This document shows positions 48,365 through 58,657 of a stretch of 64,000 nt of DNA, piece after piece. Positions within the stretch are counted from its first letter, which is position 1; each line of letters opens with the position of its first letter. The stretch covers positions 11,801 through 75,800 of the forward strand of contig MHSK01000006.1 in NCBI GenBank assembly GCA_001821295.1, in the 5' to 3' direction. This stretch comes from Candidatus Taylorbacteria bacterium RIFCSPLOWO2_12_FULL_43_20. GTDB lineage: Bacteria; Patescibacteriota; Minisyncoccia; Phycocordibacterales; HO2-43-120. Position numbers and translations under genes: made by a program. The notes below the pieces were generated by a model. That model was not told the origin of the DNA, made no database searches, and saw only the letters and a program-made list of their open reading frames with translations.

Positions 48365-49120
48365 TTAAACAGTTTTAACTTCCTCTTTATCTTTTTTCAT
48401 TCTTTTTTCTGCACCTCTCCTGTAAGCTTCAGCAATTTCATTTACAAAAAAATTAATGCTAGACATTGAGCTGTCATTGCCGGGAATAGCGTAATCCACA
48501 TCCTTATAATTTGAATCCGAGCCGGAAAGCCCTATTATGGGTATCTTCAGACGTCTGGCTTCCTCAACCGCGCCTTTTTCTCTCTTCTGATCTATGACGA
48601 AAATAGCCGCGGGCTTATCTTTCATGTTTCTTATGCCATAAAAAAATTTCTGAAGTTTATCAATGTCTCTATCGATAAGCAGTCTTTCTTTCTTCGTATA
48701 TTTAGCGAGCTCGCCTTTTTCTTTTTCAACCATCAGGCGTTCCATTTTTTCTATTCTTTTTTTAATCTCAACAAAGTTGGTAAAGGTTCCCCCTATCCAA
48801 CGTCCGGCAACATAAGGCATTCCCAAAGAAATGGCCGCATTCTTGACCGCCTCCTGCGATTCTTGTTTGCCGCCGATAAACAAAAGTTGCTTGCCTTCTT
48901 CCGCGATTTTCTCCACAAAGTTAAGCGCGGACAAAAGATTCTCGCTTGTCTTTTCCAGATCAAATATCTCAACATTATTCTTTGAGCCGTAGATGAAAGG
49001 CGCCGCTTGAGGATGTCTTTTCGATCGGCGAAAAGCAAAATGCGCCCCTGCTTTGAACATTGAATCTATAAGCTGTTTATTAACATTCGCACCTGTTTCC
49101 ATAGTAGGCAAGTTTAACAA
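48365..49120 (-). CDS. rpsB: 30S ribosomal protein S2
   Basis: …AGAHFAFRRSKRHPQAAPFIYG… and conserved S2 core. 251 aa. Confidence 0.92.
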   Translation of the reverse strand: MLNLPTMETGANVNKQLIDSMFKAGAHFAFRRSKRHPQAAPFIYGSKNNVEIFDLEKTSENLLSALNFVEKIAEEGKQLLFIGGKQESQEAVKNAAISLGMPYVAGRWIGGTFTNFVEIKKRIEKMERLMVEKEKGELAKYTKKERLLIDRDIDKLQKFFYGIRNMKDKPAAIFVIDQKREKGAVEEARRLKIPIIGLSGSDSNYKDVDYAIPGNDSSMSSINFFVNEIAEAYRRGAEKRMKKDKEEVKTV

Positions 49121-49266
49121 AACGGGACTTAAAATGCAAATTTGTGGGATAACTTATAGCTAATAGCTATTAGCTACTAGCTCTTAGCTTTCAGATTAAA
49201 GATTGAAGTAGAAGAAGCTTATATCTATTAACTGCCAGCTTTAGCATATAACTCCAGCTATCCTGT

Positions 49267-50232
49267 TTAGGAAGAGACTTCTTGGAGTTTTTCTATAATC
49301 GGATCAATCTCTCCTCTGAATATAGCTTCAATATTGTGCCAGGATTCCTTGATGCGATGATCAGTAACCCTGTCTTGTAAAATATTATACGTGCGAATTT
49401 TTTCCGAACGATCACCGGTACCAACTTGACTTTTTCTGTTATCCGCGTATTTTTTTCTTTCCTCCTCTTCTTTAAGAGCCGACAGCTTCGCTGACAATAT
49501 ACTCATGGCTTTTTCGCGGTTTTTGAGCTGGCTACGCTCTGACGTACAGCGCACATCAATGCCTGTCGGTTTGTGTATAAGCCGTACGGCGGTTTCAACC
49601 TTATTTACATTTTGCCCCCCCGCTCCTCCGGATCTGGAAAATTCTATCTCAATGTCCGCCGGATTTATTTCGGCATTAATTTTTTTACGTAAAGGCAAGA
49701 TAGCCACTGAAGCGGTAGACGTATGAACTCTTCCCATCTTCTCCGTAGCCGGAACGCGCTGTATCCTGTGGACACCTGTTTCAAAACGCAATGAACGGTA
49801 AATATCTTTGCCGTGAATCTCATACACGACTTCCTTATAACCGCCCAAATCACTTTCAGATTCATGGACTTTGGAAACATCAAAGCCCTTTGCTTCTGCG
49901 TAACTCGTATACATAGCGGCAAGATTGGCAGCAAAGATCGCCGCTTCTTCTCCCCCCGCACCAGCGCGTATTTCCAAAACTATTTCATTCGGAAACCGCT
50001 CTTCTTCTTTTTCTTTATTTAATATATCGTCTATTTGCTTCAGGACCGCATCCTTTTGCATTTTTAAATTTGACATCTCTTCACTCGCCAAATTCGCCAT
50101 ACTCGGATCACTCTCAAGCATATCGTTGAGTTCTTTCTCTTGCCTCTCTATATCCTCAAGATTTGCGGCTAAAAAACTCGTTTTATGGTTCTCTTTTAAA
50201 CTCTTGATGTCTATCATAATTGTAGCTTTCAA
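49267..50232 (-). CDS. prfA: Peptide chain release factor 1
   Basis: GGQ motif ([18 protein letters not shown]) and the RF1-type tripeptide in [14 protein letters not shown] (P-x-T, not SPF). Confidence 0.85.
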   Translation of the reverse strand: MKATIMIDIKSLKENHKTSFLAANLEDIERQEKELNDMLESDPSMANLASEEMSNLKMQKDAVLKQIDDILNKEKEEERFPNEIVLEIRAGAGGEEAAIFAANLAAMYTSYAEAKGFDVSKVHESESDLGGYKEVVYEIHGKDIYRSLRFETGVHRIQRVPATEKMGRVHTSTASVAILPLRKKINAEINPADIEIEFSRSGGAGGQNVNKVETAVRLIHKPTGIDVRCTSERSQLKNREKAMSILSAKLSALKEEEERKKYADNRKSQVGTGDRSEKIRTYNILQDRVTDHRIKESWHNIEAIFRGEIDPIIEKLQEVSS

Positions 50233-50287
50233 CTGTCACCCTGACGCATAAATTTTAAAGCGGCCCCACATAAAGTTCTCTACTCTC

Positions 50288-50390
50288 ATGCGCTATCCGT
50301 TAAGCATATCTACATAAAGAACGCTGTCGTAGAGCTATGGAGCATTCCTTATTCGTGTGCACTTTTCGTCATGTGGTATCTACTATAAAC
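50288..50390 (+). repeat. Two tandem family C copies (50288-50318 and 50350-50390) between rpmE and prfA
   Basis: gcgctatccgttaagcatatctac and attcgtgtgcacttttcgtcatgtggtatctactataaac. Confidence 0.7.
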
Positions 50391-50411
50391 AAAACCGGCC
50401 GCTTTGAGCGG
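50386..50411 (-). terminator. Rho-independent terminator after rpmE (minus strand)
   Basis: Minus-strand ccgctcaaagcgg followed by a GGTTTTGTTT T-tract. Confidence 0.6.
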
Positions 50412-50429
50412 ACGATCTTTCACTGAAAG

Positions 50430-50687
50430 TTATTTTTCCTCTGAAGCCGCTTCTTTGGGTTTTTTTACAGTCTTCTTAACTGGAGATTTTTTCGCCTGTC
50501 TGACTTTGAATTTCTCCACTCTTCCGGCGCTATCTATCACTTTCTCATTTCCAGTATAAAACGGATGGCATTGACTGCAGATTTCAACTTCAATTTTTTC
50601 TTTAGTGGAACCAATATTAAAAACCGCGCCGCAGGCGCATTTTGCCGTCGCATTGGGAAAATATTTTGGGTGTATATCAGTTTTCAT
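50430..50687 (-). CDS. rpmE: 50S ribosomal protein L31, zinc-ribbon (C+) form; start set at MKTDIHPKY
   Basis: MKTDIHPKY…CACG…CSQCHPFYTG with four Cys. Confidence 0.88.
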   Translation of the reverse strand: MKTDIHPKYFPNATAKCACGAVFNIGSTKEKIEVEICSQCHPFYTGNEKVIDSAGRVEKFKVRQAKKSPVKKTVKKPKEAASEEK

Positions 50688-50760
50688 AAATATTAATACG
50701 AAATTAAAACCCGTATTTAAAAGCCAGTGTACCAGTAAACACAATAAATAGCAACTGGTA

Positions 50761-50800
50761 TTGTCTAATTCGTGAGAATATGCCGCTAGAGGACAGTGTC
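50761..50800 (+). repeat. Repeat family J copy 3, 75-115 bp upstream of the rpmE start
   Basis: ttgtctaattcgtgagaatatgccgctagaggacagtgtctaatt, about 85% identical to 33611-33655. Confidence 0.7.
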
Positions 50801-50853
50801 TAATTGCTAGTCCTTGTCAATTTTCAGAGCAACACCGCAGAACATTATTCATC

Positions 50854-50976
50854 CTTAACGCTTCGGTTGGGGCTCCAACCAAAGCGTCAAAGTCGCACAT
50901 TTGTATCTTTTATTACTAACAACTATTGACTATCAACTCCCCCATGTGCGCTACTCGTTAAGCAGTATTTACAATG
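50854..50976. repeat. Composite: family I copy 2 (50854-50895) plus family C copy 5 (50943-50976)
   Basis: Same I-then-C arrangement as at 46869-46935. Confidence 0.7.
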
Positions 50977-51003
50977 AAAAGGACTTGAAAAATTCCATGA
51001 AAT

Positions 51004-52353
51004 TTAAAATCCTTGCAAAGGATCAATCATGTTTTCCTGAATATTTCTCGCTTTTGCCATAACCTGATCACCGTAAAAAGCGTTCTTTGGCAAGCTCCAA
51101 TTCCCACCCGCGTAGTATCGGAGAGCCGCTTCCCTTTCAGCGCTATAACCTCCGCGAGATGCTCCCAGATCGGAAACAAACAAAGCGGTGGCCGTTATTG
51201 CATCTTTCGGTTCCCACGGATTAGGAATTTTCTTACCTACCACATTACCTATCCTTGTCTTATAGGACTCCCACGTGGAGGGTATGAACTGCGATGGGCC
51301 CATCGCGCCTCCCCAACCTCCCGCCATCGGGCAGGATAACGGCATCGTGTCAGGGTTCAAGCCGAGCTCGGATGTAATCCTTAAGTACGGTTCCTGGTCG
51401 CGCTCTGGCTTCATTATGACCTTCCATCCTTTTTCCGGAGGGTCACCTGGCCTGTTGCAAGTGCCCACATTTTTTCCAAGATTGGATTCCTGAGTCAATA
51501 TCGCGAGAATGAATGCCGGCCTAACGCCTGTCTTTGCCGCCGCGGCATTGGCAAATTCCAAAGCTTGTCCAAAAGGAATGGCGGCCGTGTCACGTAGGGC
51601 GAACAAAGCGCTTCTTATCTCGGCCGCTTTTTTTTGTCTGTCGGCAATAACCAGCTCATAGCTTCTTTGTTCTTGTTGGCTCAAGTTTAAGAGCCGTTTC
51701 TTCTCCGCTTCCGCTTTTTCTATTTTTCTCTTTTCAGCTTCCACCGACACCTTGGCGTCTATTTCTTGTAAGCGTTTTTTGTTCAAAGATTCCTTTTCAA
51801 TTTCCGTATTGCTTTTGTTTTGCCTTATCTCATGAACAGAGACTTGTAGAGATTGCTGGATTGAATTGAACGAATCAATATCTTCAAAAAATTCGGATAA
51901 ATCTGAATTGGCCAGAACAACCTCCACCAGTGAATATGAATCCAGTTCATTGGTTTTCCTTACAAGCTCAGACAACGAGTCTTTATTGCGGGTTATTCTC
52001 GCGTTTAGCTCTTCTATGGTTTCATTTTTCTTGACTATGTCTTTCCCCAGCGCCTCTATGGCAATGTTTCTTGCTTTAATGTTCAATTGCGCCTTGGCTA
52101 TCTCCGCATTCAAAATCGCGACATCCCTTTGAAGAGAAGCTCCTTTTTGCCTTTCAGTGTTTAAAATTTTTGACTGAACGTCGATTTCCAACAAAATTTT
52201 ATCCAGCTCCGCCTCCAACTGTTGTTGCCTGCGAGATATTGACTCCTCGTCACTTTGCGCGTTTATTACACCGTAGCCGAAAAAAACAGTAAATAAGAAA
52301 ATCGAAACGATCGCCACAGGCGCCTTTATAACATTTTGGTTGAAATTACCCAT
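51004..52353 (-). CDS. Secreted/anchored protein: N-terminal TM, long coiled coil, C-terminal lytic-transglycosylase-like (SLT/lysozyme-like) domain
   Basis: FILAILTQESNLG (catalytic Glu-Ser motif of SLT domains). Heptad-rich middle section. 449 aa. Confidence 0.55.
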   Translation of the reverse strand: MGNFNQNVIKAPVAIVSIFLFTVFFGYGVINAQSDEESISRRQQQLEAELDKILLEIDVQSKILNTERQKGASLQRDVAILNAEIAKAQLNIKARNIAIEALGKDIVKKNETIEELNARITRNKDSLSELVRKTNELDSYSLVEVVLANSDLSEFFEDIDSFNSIQQSLQVSVHEIRQNKSNTEIEKESLNKKRLQEIDAKVSVEAEKRKIEKAEAEKKRLLNLSQQEQRSYELVIADRQKKAAEIRSALFALRDTAAIPFGQALEFANAAAAKTGVRPAFILAILTQESNLGKNVGTCNRPGDPPEKGWKVIMKPERDQEPYLRITSELGLNPDTMPLSCPMAGGWGGAMGPSQFIPSTWESYKTRIGNVVGKKIPNPWEPKDAITATALFVSDLGASRGGYSAEREAALRYYAGGNWSLPKNAFYGDQVMAKARNIQENMIDPLQGF

Positions 52354-52404
52354 ACATACATATTAAACCAGCCTCCGCTTGATTGCCAGAGGCATAGTAT
52401 TATA

Positions 52405-52490
52405 GAACTTACACAGTTGGATGCAGTTCGAGGCATGCCCGCAGGTCTCTCTAGTTCGTGTACTCTATTCGTTAAGCGGTATCTGCTTAT
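52405..52490 (+). repeat. Partial family B 5' end (52405-52434) followed by family C copy 6 (52453-52490)
   Basis: gaacttacacagttggatgcagttcgaggc then ctctattcgttaagcggtatctgc. Confidence 0.65.
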
Positions 52491-53152
52491 TTTTTGTCGG
52501 AGGATACTTGTTCAGCGTCTGATCCCGGTTCTCCCTCTTTCTCTTCTTTACCTTTCTTTTCAGATATCTCTATTTGGGACAAATCTACGGGAGCTTCTTC
52601 AACCTTCTCTTCAACGGGTTTAGAAATAAGCGCGACAACTTCATCCGGACCGGTGACCAGCTCGACACCTTGAGGCAACTTCACATCTTTGGCCAAAATT
52701 TGATCGTCAAAATTCGTAAGAACAGATATATCCAAATCTATATTGTGCGGCAAATCTTTCGGCTCCGCCTCTATTTTGAGCTCGTGCATAACCTTTATCA
52801 ATATACCTCCCAAATCCTTAACCGCCGGAGATATACCAAGATAATTTATAGGTATGTCAACTTCCAATTTTTTGCCTTTTTCAATGACATAGAAATCCGC
52901 GTGCCGAGCGACACCGGTCACCGGATCCACATCCACGTCCTTGATAAGCGAATCATGCGTTTCCGGCCCGTCACTTAACGACACAATGGAACTTTCGCCG
53001 GCTTTTTTCCAGATCTTAATAAACTCGGTTCTGGATACCGAAATAGGTGTGGTTTTCTCTTTTCGACCGTAATAAACAGCCGGGATCTCCCCTCGATCTC
53101 TCAGTGCCGAAGAACTCTCCACTCCTCTTTTTTTTATATCAAGTTTAAACAT
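52487..53152 (-). CDS. rplY: 50S ribosomal protein L25 / general stress protein Ctc form
   Basis: MFKLDIKKRG…IPAVYYG…beta-barrel plus acidic C-terminal tail. 221 aa. Confidence 0.8.
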   Translation of the reverse strand: MFKLDIKKRGVESSSALRDRGEIPAVYYGRKEKTTPISVSRTEFIKIWKKAGESSIVSLSDGPETHDSLIKDVDVDPVTGVARHADFYVIEKGKKLEVDIPINYLGISPAVKDLGGILIKVMHELKIEAEPKDLPHNIDLDISVLTNFDDQILAKDVKLPQGVELVTGPDEVVALISKPVEEKVEEAPVDLSQIEISEKKGKEEKEGEPGSDAEQVSSDKK

Positions 53153-53194
53153 GTCTCGGTATTATACAAAAAAAGCGCCATTGTGCAACTTTTT

Positions 53195-54163
53195 TTACTG
53201 AACAGGATTAATGGGGGGATTGCCGTTCAGAACCTCTATGATGTTATTAGATGCTGTTTCCGCCATCTCTCTGCGTGATTTTTCTGTTGCTGACGCTATG
53301 TGAGGAGTCATGACAACATTGGAAAGCCCCGCAAGACCTTTCGCGAGTTTCGGTTCAAACTCAAACACGTCCAAACCCGCGCCCTTTATTGTTCCGTTTC
53401 TTAAAGCGTCCGCTAGGGCAGTTTCATCAACAACAGGACCCCGCGACGTATTCACGAGATACGCTGTCTTTTTCATCAAGGCCATTTTTTCTTTGTTGAT
53501 GAGATGCCTGGTTTTTTCATTAAGAGGAACGTGCAAAGAAACAATGTCTGAGACTTTGAGCACCTCATCCGCATTGGAGTAATAAACAGCTCCCAATTCT
53601 TCTTCCAAAGGCGTATTCTTGACAATATCGTAATACACTATATTCATACCGAATCCTTTTTTACCTTTCCTTGCTACATCCGCGCCAATCTTACCTGTCC
53701 CTATTATTCCAAGCGTTTTACCCACAAGCTCGGTGCCTGGGAGCAAGTTAGGATCCCAACCCTTGTATTTTCCACTCCTCATTAACTCATCCCCTTCCAC
53801 CACTCTGCATGTCAAAGCCAAAATAAGCGCCCACGTATGTTCAGATACTCTCCACGCTCCGCCACCAGGTGTATTTGTCATAAATATTCCTCTCTTTTTT
53901 GCTTCACCAATATCAAAATTGTTAAACCCGATCGCAAAATTGGCGAAGATTTTAACTGTTGGACAAGCATTCATAACCTCGGCGTCAATTTGATCGGTAA
54001 GCAGTGTAAGTACCGCGTCATAAGGTTTCTTTTTTAAAAATTTTATCAGCTCTTTTTTTAAGAGAGGCCTGTCTTTAGGACTCACATCGACTTCAAATTT
54101 TTGGTCCCGTAAAGCTTGTATTCCTACTTCTGGTATTTTTCTTGTAATGAATATTTTCTTCAT
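53195..54163 (-). CDS. D-isomer-specific 2-hydroxyacid dehydrogenase (glycerate/hydroxypyruvate reductase-like)
   Basis: NAD Rossmann motif GIIGTGKIG and the catalytic His region (…TPHIAS…). Confidence 0.8.
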   Translation of the reverse strand: MKKIFITRKIPEVGIQALRDQKFEVDVSPKDRPLLKKELIKFLKKKPYDAVLTLLTDQIDAEVMNACPTVKIFANFAIGFNNFDIGEAKKRGIFMTNTPGGGAWRVSEHTWALILALTCRVVEGDELMRSGKYKGWDPNLLPGTELVGKTLGIIGTGKIGADVARKGKKGFGMNIVYYDIVKNTPLEEELGAVYYSNADEVLKVSDIVSLHVPLNEKTRHLINKEKMALMKKTAYLVNTSRGPVVDETALADALRNGTIKGAGLDVFEFEPKLAKGLAGLSNVVMTPHIASATEKSRREMAETASNNIIEVLNGNPPINPVQ

Positions 54164-54177
54164 AAGAATTGTGTAAA

Positions 54178-55032
54178 CTAAAATAATCTTATTTTTTCTT
54201 CTACCAATTTTTCAACAGCCATAACTGATCCTTTTAGATATTTATAAGGCGCGACCTCATCGGGGTTTTCCTGCAAAGACAAGGCTAGCGCTTTACGATA
54301 AGCGACGCGTATTTCCGTACTCACGTGAACTATGCTTATGCCCTCTTTTATAGCGTTTTGAATGTCAGCATCGCTATTGCCAGACGCGCCATGCAAGACC
54401 AGGGGCGCGTTGATTGTTTGCTTTATCTCGCTGATTCTTTCAGTGTTTAAATTCGGATCCCTGCCACCTCTCAACATTCCGTGGAAATTCCCCACTGCCG
54501 GAGCAAAGAGGTCCACCCCGGTCTCTTCTACAAACTGTTTGGCAACAAGAGGTAAGGTCAACCCACTGTCCAGATCCACGCCATCCGGAATAGAATCCAA
54601 TACTTTTGAAGATTGGCCGATGAATCCTAACTCCCCCTCCACCAACACATCCCTTCCGCTTTTCTTTGCATAATCAACGCACTGCTTGGTCACCTCAACA
54701 TTCTCTTCAAAGGAAAGTTTGGCACCATCAAATATAACCGAGTCAAAGCCGGCATCTATCGCCTCACAGACTCTGTCCAGTGAATAGGTATGGTCAGCAT
54801 TAATAAAGACGGGAAAATCAAACTTATCCCGCAAGCTTCGGACCAACGCCACAGATTGATGAACTCCCACAAAATCCCTCTCACCCTCGGAAAGTCCGAT
54901 TATCACAGCAGTGTTTAATTTTTTCGCAGCATTAAACACTCCCGAAATCATCTCTGTGTTAGAAACATTAAAATGGCCTATCGCCCTCTTCGCTTCGCGA
55001 GCTTCCAGAATATATTGCCTTAACGACTTCAT
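54178..55032 (-). CDS. fba: Class II fructose/tagatose-bisphosphate aldolase family protein (start set at MKSLRQY)
   Basis: IGHFNVSN…INADHT…LHGASG zinc-aldolase motifs. Confidence 0.8.
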   Translation of the reverse strand: MKSLRQYILEAREAKRAIGHFNVSNTEMISGVFNAAKKLNTAVIIGLSEGERDFVGVHQSVALVRSLRDKFDFPVFINADHTYSLDRVCEAIDAGFDSVIFDGAKLSFEENVEVTKQCVDYAKKSGRDVLVEGELGFIGQSSKVLDSIPDGVDLDSGLTLPLVAKQFVEETGVDLFAPAVGNFHGMLRGGRDPNLNTERISEIKQTINAPLVLHGASGNSDADIQNAIKEGISIVHVSTEIRVAYRKALALSLQENPDEVAPYKYLKGSVMAVEKLVEEKIRLF

Positions 55033-55075
55033 GGGAATATTGTAGCACAACCGAGAATTAGTATATAATGTAAAA

Positions 55076-56065
55076 ATGTCATTTGATTTCATAGCAATTG
55101 GCGATGTTACTGCCGACGCATTCATAAGATTAAAAGAGGCAAGCGTAAACACGGACATAAGGCGCCACGAAAAAAAACTTTGCGTTAATTTCGCCGATAA
55201 AATTCCATATGAATCCGTCTATGAATTGTACGGCGTAGGCAACAGTCCGAATGCCTCGGTATGCGCTTCTAGACTGGGAATAGGTTCGGCGCTAGTCTCC
55301 AACATAGGCAAAGACGAGAACGGCAAAAAATGCGTCGCTTCTTTGGAAAAGAACGGTGTAAACTGCAAGTATGTCTCAGAAGAAAAGGGCAAAAAGACCA
55401 ACTATCATTACGCGCTTTGGTTTGAAGATGAGAGAACAATTCTTGTAAATCATGAAATTTTCAACTATAAGCTTCCTAATATAAAAACTCCGAAATGGGC
55501 ATATATAAGTTCTTTGGCTTCCAATTCATACGACTACCACTTACAAATTATCTCATATTTACGGGATCATCCCGAAATCAAGACAGTTTTCCAGCCGGGC
55601 ACGTTTCAAATAATGCTGGGAGTTGAAAAATTAAAAGATTTATACGCTCGGACTGACATTTTTTTCTGCAATGTTGAAGAATCTCAAAGAATCCTTGATA
55701 TGCCAAATGGAGAAATCAAGACATTGCTCCAAAAAATGCATGGGCTTGGCCCGAAAATAGTATGCATAACCAACGGGCCGAAAGGGGCTTACTGTCATGA
55801 CGGGACGACTTCATGGTTTATGCCGATCTACCCCGATCCAAAACCGCCTCTGGAGAGAACAGGGTGCGGCGACTCTTTTGCCGCTACGTTCACAGCCGCT
55901 ATCGCCCTCGGCAAAAGCGTGGAGGAGGCGCTCATGTGGGCGCCTGTAAATCCTATGTCGGTCGTCCAATATGTGGGAGCGCAACAAGGATTATTAACGA
56001 AAGAAAAACTTGAACAATTGCTCAAAGAAGCTCCCGCCGACTACAAACCTGTAATTATTCACTAA
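55076..56065 (+). CDS. PfkB-family carbohydrate kinase (ribokinase/fructokinase-like)
   Basis: N-terminal GDVTADAF and C-terminal TGCGDSFAATF (the GAGD-type anion hole). Confidence 0.78.
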   Translation: MSFDFIAIGDVTADAFIRLKEASVNTDIRRHEKKLCVNFADKIPYESVYELYGVGNSPNASVCASRLGIGSALVSNIGKDENGKKCVASLEKNGVNCKYVSEEKGKKTNYHYALWFEDERTILVNHEIFNYKLPNIKTPKWAYISSLASNSYDYHLQIISYLRDHPEIKTVFQPGTFQIMLGVEKLKDLYARTDIFFCNVEESQRILDMPNGEIKTLLQKMHGLGPKIVCITNGPKGAYCHDGTTSWFMPIYPDPKPPLERTGCGDSFAATFTAAIALGKSVEEALMWAPVNPMSVVQYVGAQQGLLTKEKLEQLLKEAPADYKPVIIH

Positions 56066-56280
56066 CTCTCTACCAGTTGGAATCTCTTCTGTCTTTTACC
56101 ATCAAATTCAACTTCCTCATCAAACATAAGCGCCGGCCTTACCCATATTTTGTTTTCCGATTCATACTGCGGCTCGTACACCACCATATCTTCCATCGTC
56201 TCGGAGTGTTTGGCAAGACAAATGATTTTGTACAATTTATGATTTTTGAAATGTTTATATATCCCCCCTATTTTTATCAT
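56062..56280 (-). CDS. DUF1653-family small protein
   Basis: YKHFKNHKLYKIICLAKHSETMEDMVVYEP…WVRPALMF pattern. Confidence 0.55.
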   Translation of the reverse strand: MIKIGGIYKHFKNHKLYKIICLAKHSETMEDMVVYEPQYESENKIWVRPALMFDEEVEFDGKRQKRFQLVES

Positions 56281-56287
56281 GATTTAT

Positions 56288-56328
56288 CGTGTATTACGAA
56301 ACTCTTTTCTCGGCGAGTTTCGTAATTC
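56288..56328. repeat. Repeat family D copy 4 (forms a hairpin attacgaaactc-N10-gagtttcgtaat)
   Basis: cgtgtattacgaaactcttttctcggcgagtttcgtaattc. Confidence 0.7.
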
Positions 56329-56689
56329 AAATTGATTTAAAAACATCAAGTTTACTAATGAGATCTTCTCTGATTTCCTCGGGAGGAAGATCATTGGGAT
56401 ATTGTTTCTTTATCTCTTCAAACTTATCTCGCAAAATCTGAAGTCGATCAAATACTTCTGAGTATTGCTCCACCACTTCAGAATCTTTCATTTTGGCTAC
56501 TTCCAAGCCCAAAATAACAGCCGCCAAAACGTTCCCGTATTTAGCTGTCCATGGCTCTTTAGCGGCATCCAATACCTCTTGAGAGAATTTTGGAGGCGCT
56601 TCGCTTATAACTCTTTTCACTCGGAGTATAGACTCCGGCTCATGTTCCCTCTCTTCACTGTTTTGTTCGGCGACCATATTTTCAGACAT
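56327..56689 (-). CDS. Hypothetical acidic helical protein (120 aa)
   Basis: ORF only. Overlaps the tktB start by 8 nt. Confidence 0.35.
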   Translation of the reverse strand: MSENMVAEQNSEEREHEPESILRVKRVISEAPPKFSQEVLDAAKEPWTAKYGNVLAAVILGLEVAKMKDSEVVEQYSEVFDRLQILRDKFEEIKKQYPNDLPPEEIREDLISKLDVFKSI

Positions 56690-57701
56690 AATGTTTGGAT
56701 TTATTATTTCGTCTGTTTATAATTTTCCTTACCGCTCCCGTTATGTCCTTTTCACCCAGACCATAATGTTCAATGAGCTCTTCAGGGGTTCCCGACTGGC
56801 CGAATCGATCACGCACGCCCACGTATTCAATCGGCGTCGGTAAATTTTCCGATAAAAATTCAGCGATCGCTGAACCCATTCCTCCGAATATCTGATGCTC
56901 CTCCACCGTCACTATTCCACCCGCCTCCAGAGCGAGCCGTAAAACAGCCTTGCCATCCAAGGGTTTGATAGTTGAGAGATTCATGACTGTGACAGCTATC
57001 TTCTCCTTCTCCAGCTCTCTCGCAACGCTTAGCGCTTTGTGAATCAGGGCTCCCGTAGCAATAATTCCCACGTCGGGCTTTCCAACAATCGGCGCAAAAA
57101 GAATTTGCGCCTTTCCTATCTGAAAAGATGTGTTTTCTGAAGTAATGATAGGCGTTTTTTCCCTCGCGAGACGAATATATGTTGGATCGTGCGTCTTCGC
57201 CGCCTCCACCGTGGCCTTCTTGGCTTCTATGGCGTCGCATGGGGAAATAACAACCATTCTCGGAATAATTCTTGTTAATGCCAAATCTTCAATCGCTTGA
57301 TGCGTACCCCCGTCAGGCCCAACTGAAATTCCAGCGTGGGATCCGGCGATTTTTACCGGCTGGTCATTATAACAAATAGTTGTCCTGATTTGCTCCCAAT
57401 TTCGTCCTGGGCTGAACATCGCATATGATGTTATAAACGGAATTTTGCCCATTGCCGCCATGCCGGACGCCACCGACGCCAGATTTTGTTCCGCCACGCC
57501 CAACTCCACGAATCTATCCGGAAATTTTTTTTTGAAAAGATGCATCTGCGTGGACTCGGTAAGATCGGCACAGAGCCCGACGACATTCTCATCATTCTCG
57601 CCCGCGAAGAGCAGACCTTCGCCAAATCCTTTTCGTATCGGAATTTCCTCCACATCACGATCAAATATCTTTGGATTTAATTTTTGACTTGAAATTATCA
57701 T
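56682..57701 (-). CDS. Transketolase, C-terminal section (pyrimidine-binding plus C-terminal domains)
   Basis: FVELGVAEQNLASVASGMA…, typical TktB half. 339 aa. Confidence 0.85.
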   Translation of the reverse strand: MIISSQKLNPKIFDRDVEEIPIRKGFGEGLLFAGENDENVVGLCADLTESTQMHLFKKKFPDRFVELGVAEQNLASVASGMAAMGKIPFITSYAMFSPGRNWEQIRTTICYNDQPVKIAGSHAGISVGPDGGTHQAIEDLALTRIIPRMVVISPCDAIEAKKATVEAAKTHDPTYIRLAREKTPIITSENTSFQIGKAQILFAPIVGKPDVGIIATGALIHKALSVARELEKEKIAVTVMNLSTIKPLDGKAVLRLALEAGGIVTVEEHQIFGGMGSAIAEFLSENLPTPIEYVGVRDRFGQSGTPEELIEHYGLGEKDITGAVRKIINRRNNKSKHYV

Positions 57702-57744
57702 TCGATTTTAACTAAAAACTAATGACTAATGACTGTTGACTAAT

Positions 57745-58614
57745 CTACTGATGTTCACTTTTTATCTTTCCTCCCAGTGTTCTTAAAGAATTCAGGGCGA
57801 TTTTTTGCTCCGCCGGCGTCGTCGGCGGTTTACCATGCCACTCAAACTTCCTTTCAAAGTCTGGAATGCCTTTGGAAGGTATAGTGTACGCGATTATTAC
57901 GGACGATTTGTCAAAAACCGCCTGCGCCTGCCCAATAGCATCATCAATATCTGTGAAGCTGTGACCGTCGATTTCCTGCACATGCCAACCGAATGCCTGC
58001 CATTTTTCTTTCAGCGGAGACAAGGGCATTATATCTTCCGTAAATCCGTCAATCTGAATATTGTTTCTGTCTACAATCGCAGTCAAATTTTGAATTTTTT
58101 CCTTTCCCGCGAGCTGTATCGCTTCCCAATTCTGTCCTTCGTCAAGTTCGCCGTCTCCGGTTAAGCAATAAAACTGAATCTTGGACGTCCGCCCCTTATC
58201 AATTCTGTTCGCGAGAGCCATGCCGACCGCCTGCGATAAACCGGAGCCCAGAGGACCGGAGCTGGTCTCTAAAGCGGGAAGCCATTCCCTATGAGGATGA
58301 CCCTGCAAATGCGATCCAAACTTTCTTAATGTTTTAAGTTCCGATAATGGGAAATATCCGGCGTGCGCCATGGTAGCGTAAAGAACGGGACAAATGTGTC
58401 CGTTGGAAAGCACGACACGGTCTCTTTCTTCCCATGCGGGATTTTTCGGATCATGATTGAGTCCGAAAAAATACAAATAAGTAAAAATGTCTGCCATACC
58501 GAGAGGTCCGGCGGTATGCCCTGACCCAGCTTCAATAAGCATCTTAATGACATCAGAACGAATATCATTGGCTTTTTTCTCCAGTTCGTGAATCTTTGAT
58601 TCTGTAAGAGACAT
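57745..58614 (-). CDS. Transketolase, N-terminal section (TPP-binding)
   Basis: GSGHTAGPLGMADIF…GDGELDEGQNWEA (GDG-X-E TPP motif). 289 aa. Confidence 0.85.
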   Translation of the reverse strand: MSLTESKIHELEKKANDIRSDVIKMLIEAGSGHTAGPLGMADIFTYLYFFGLNHDPKNPAWEERDRVVLSNGHICPVLYATMAHAGYFPLSELKTLRKFGSHLQGHPHREWLPALETSSGPLGSGLSQAVGMALANRIDKGRTSKIQFYCLTGDGELDEGQNWEAIQLAGKEKIQNLTAIVDRNNIQIDGFTEDIMPLSPLKEKWQAFGWHVQEIDGHSFTDIDDAIGQAQAVFDKSSVIIAYTIPSKGIPDFERKFEWHGKPPTTPAEQKIALNSLRTLGGKIKSEHQ

Positions 58615-58657
58615 ATATATATTTTATGGAAAATGTTGATACGCGACCTGCGTTTTT

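Noticed and set aside
49140-49260. Low-complexity tagct-rich segment (tagctaatagctattagctactagctcttagc) upstream of rpsB
   Set aside because: Simple-sequence, AT-rich promoter-region composition. A faint echo at 62280-62350 is too weak to call a repeat family.
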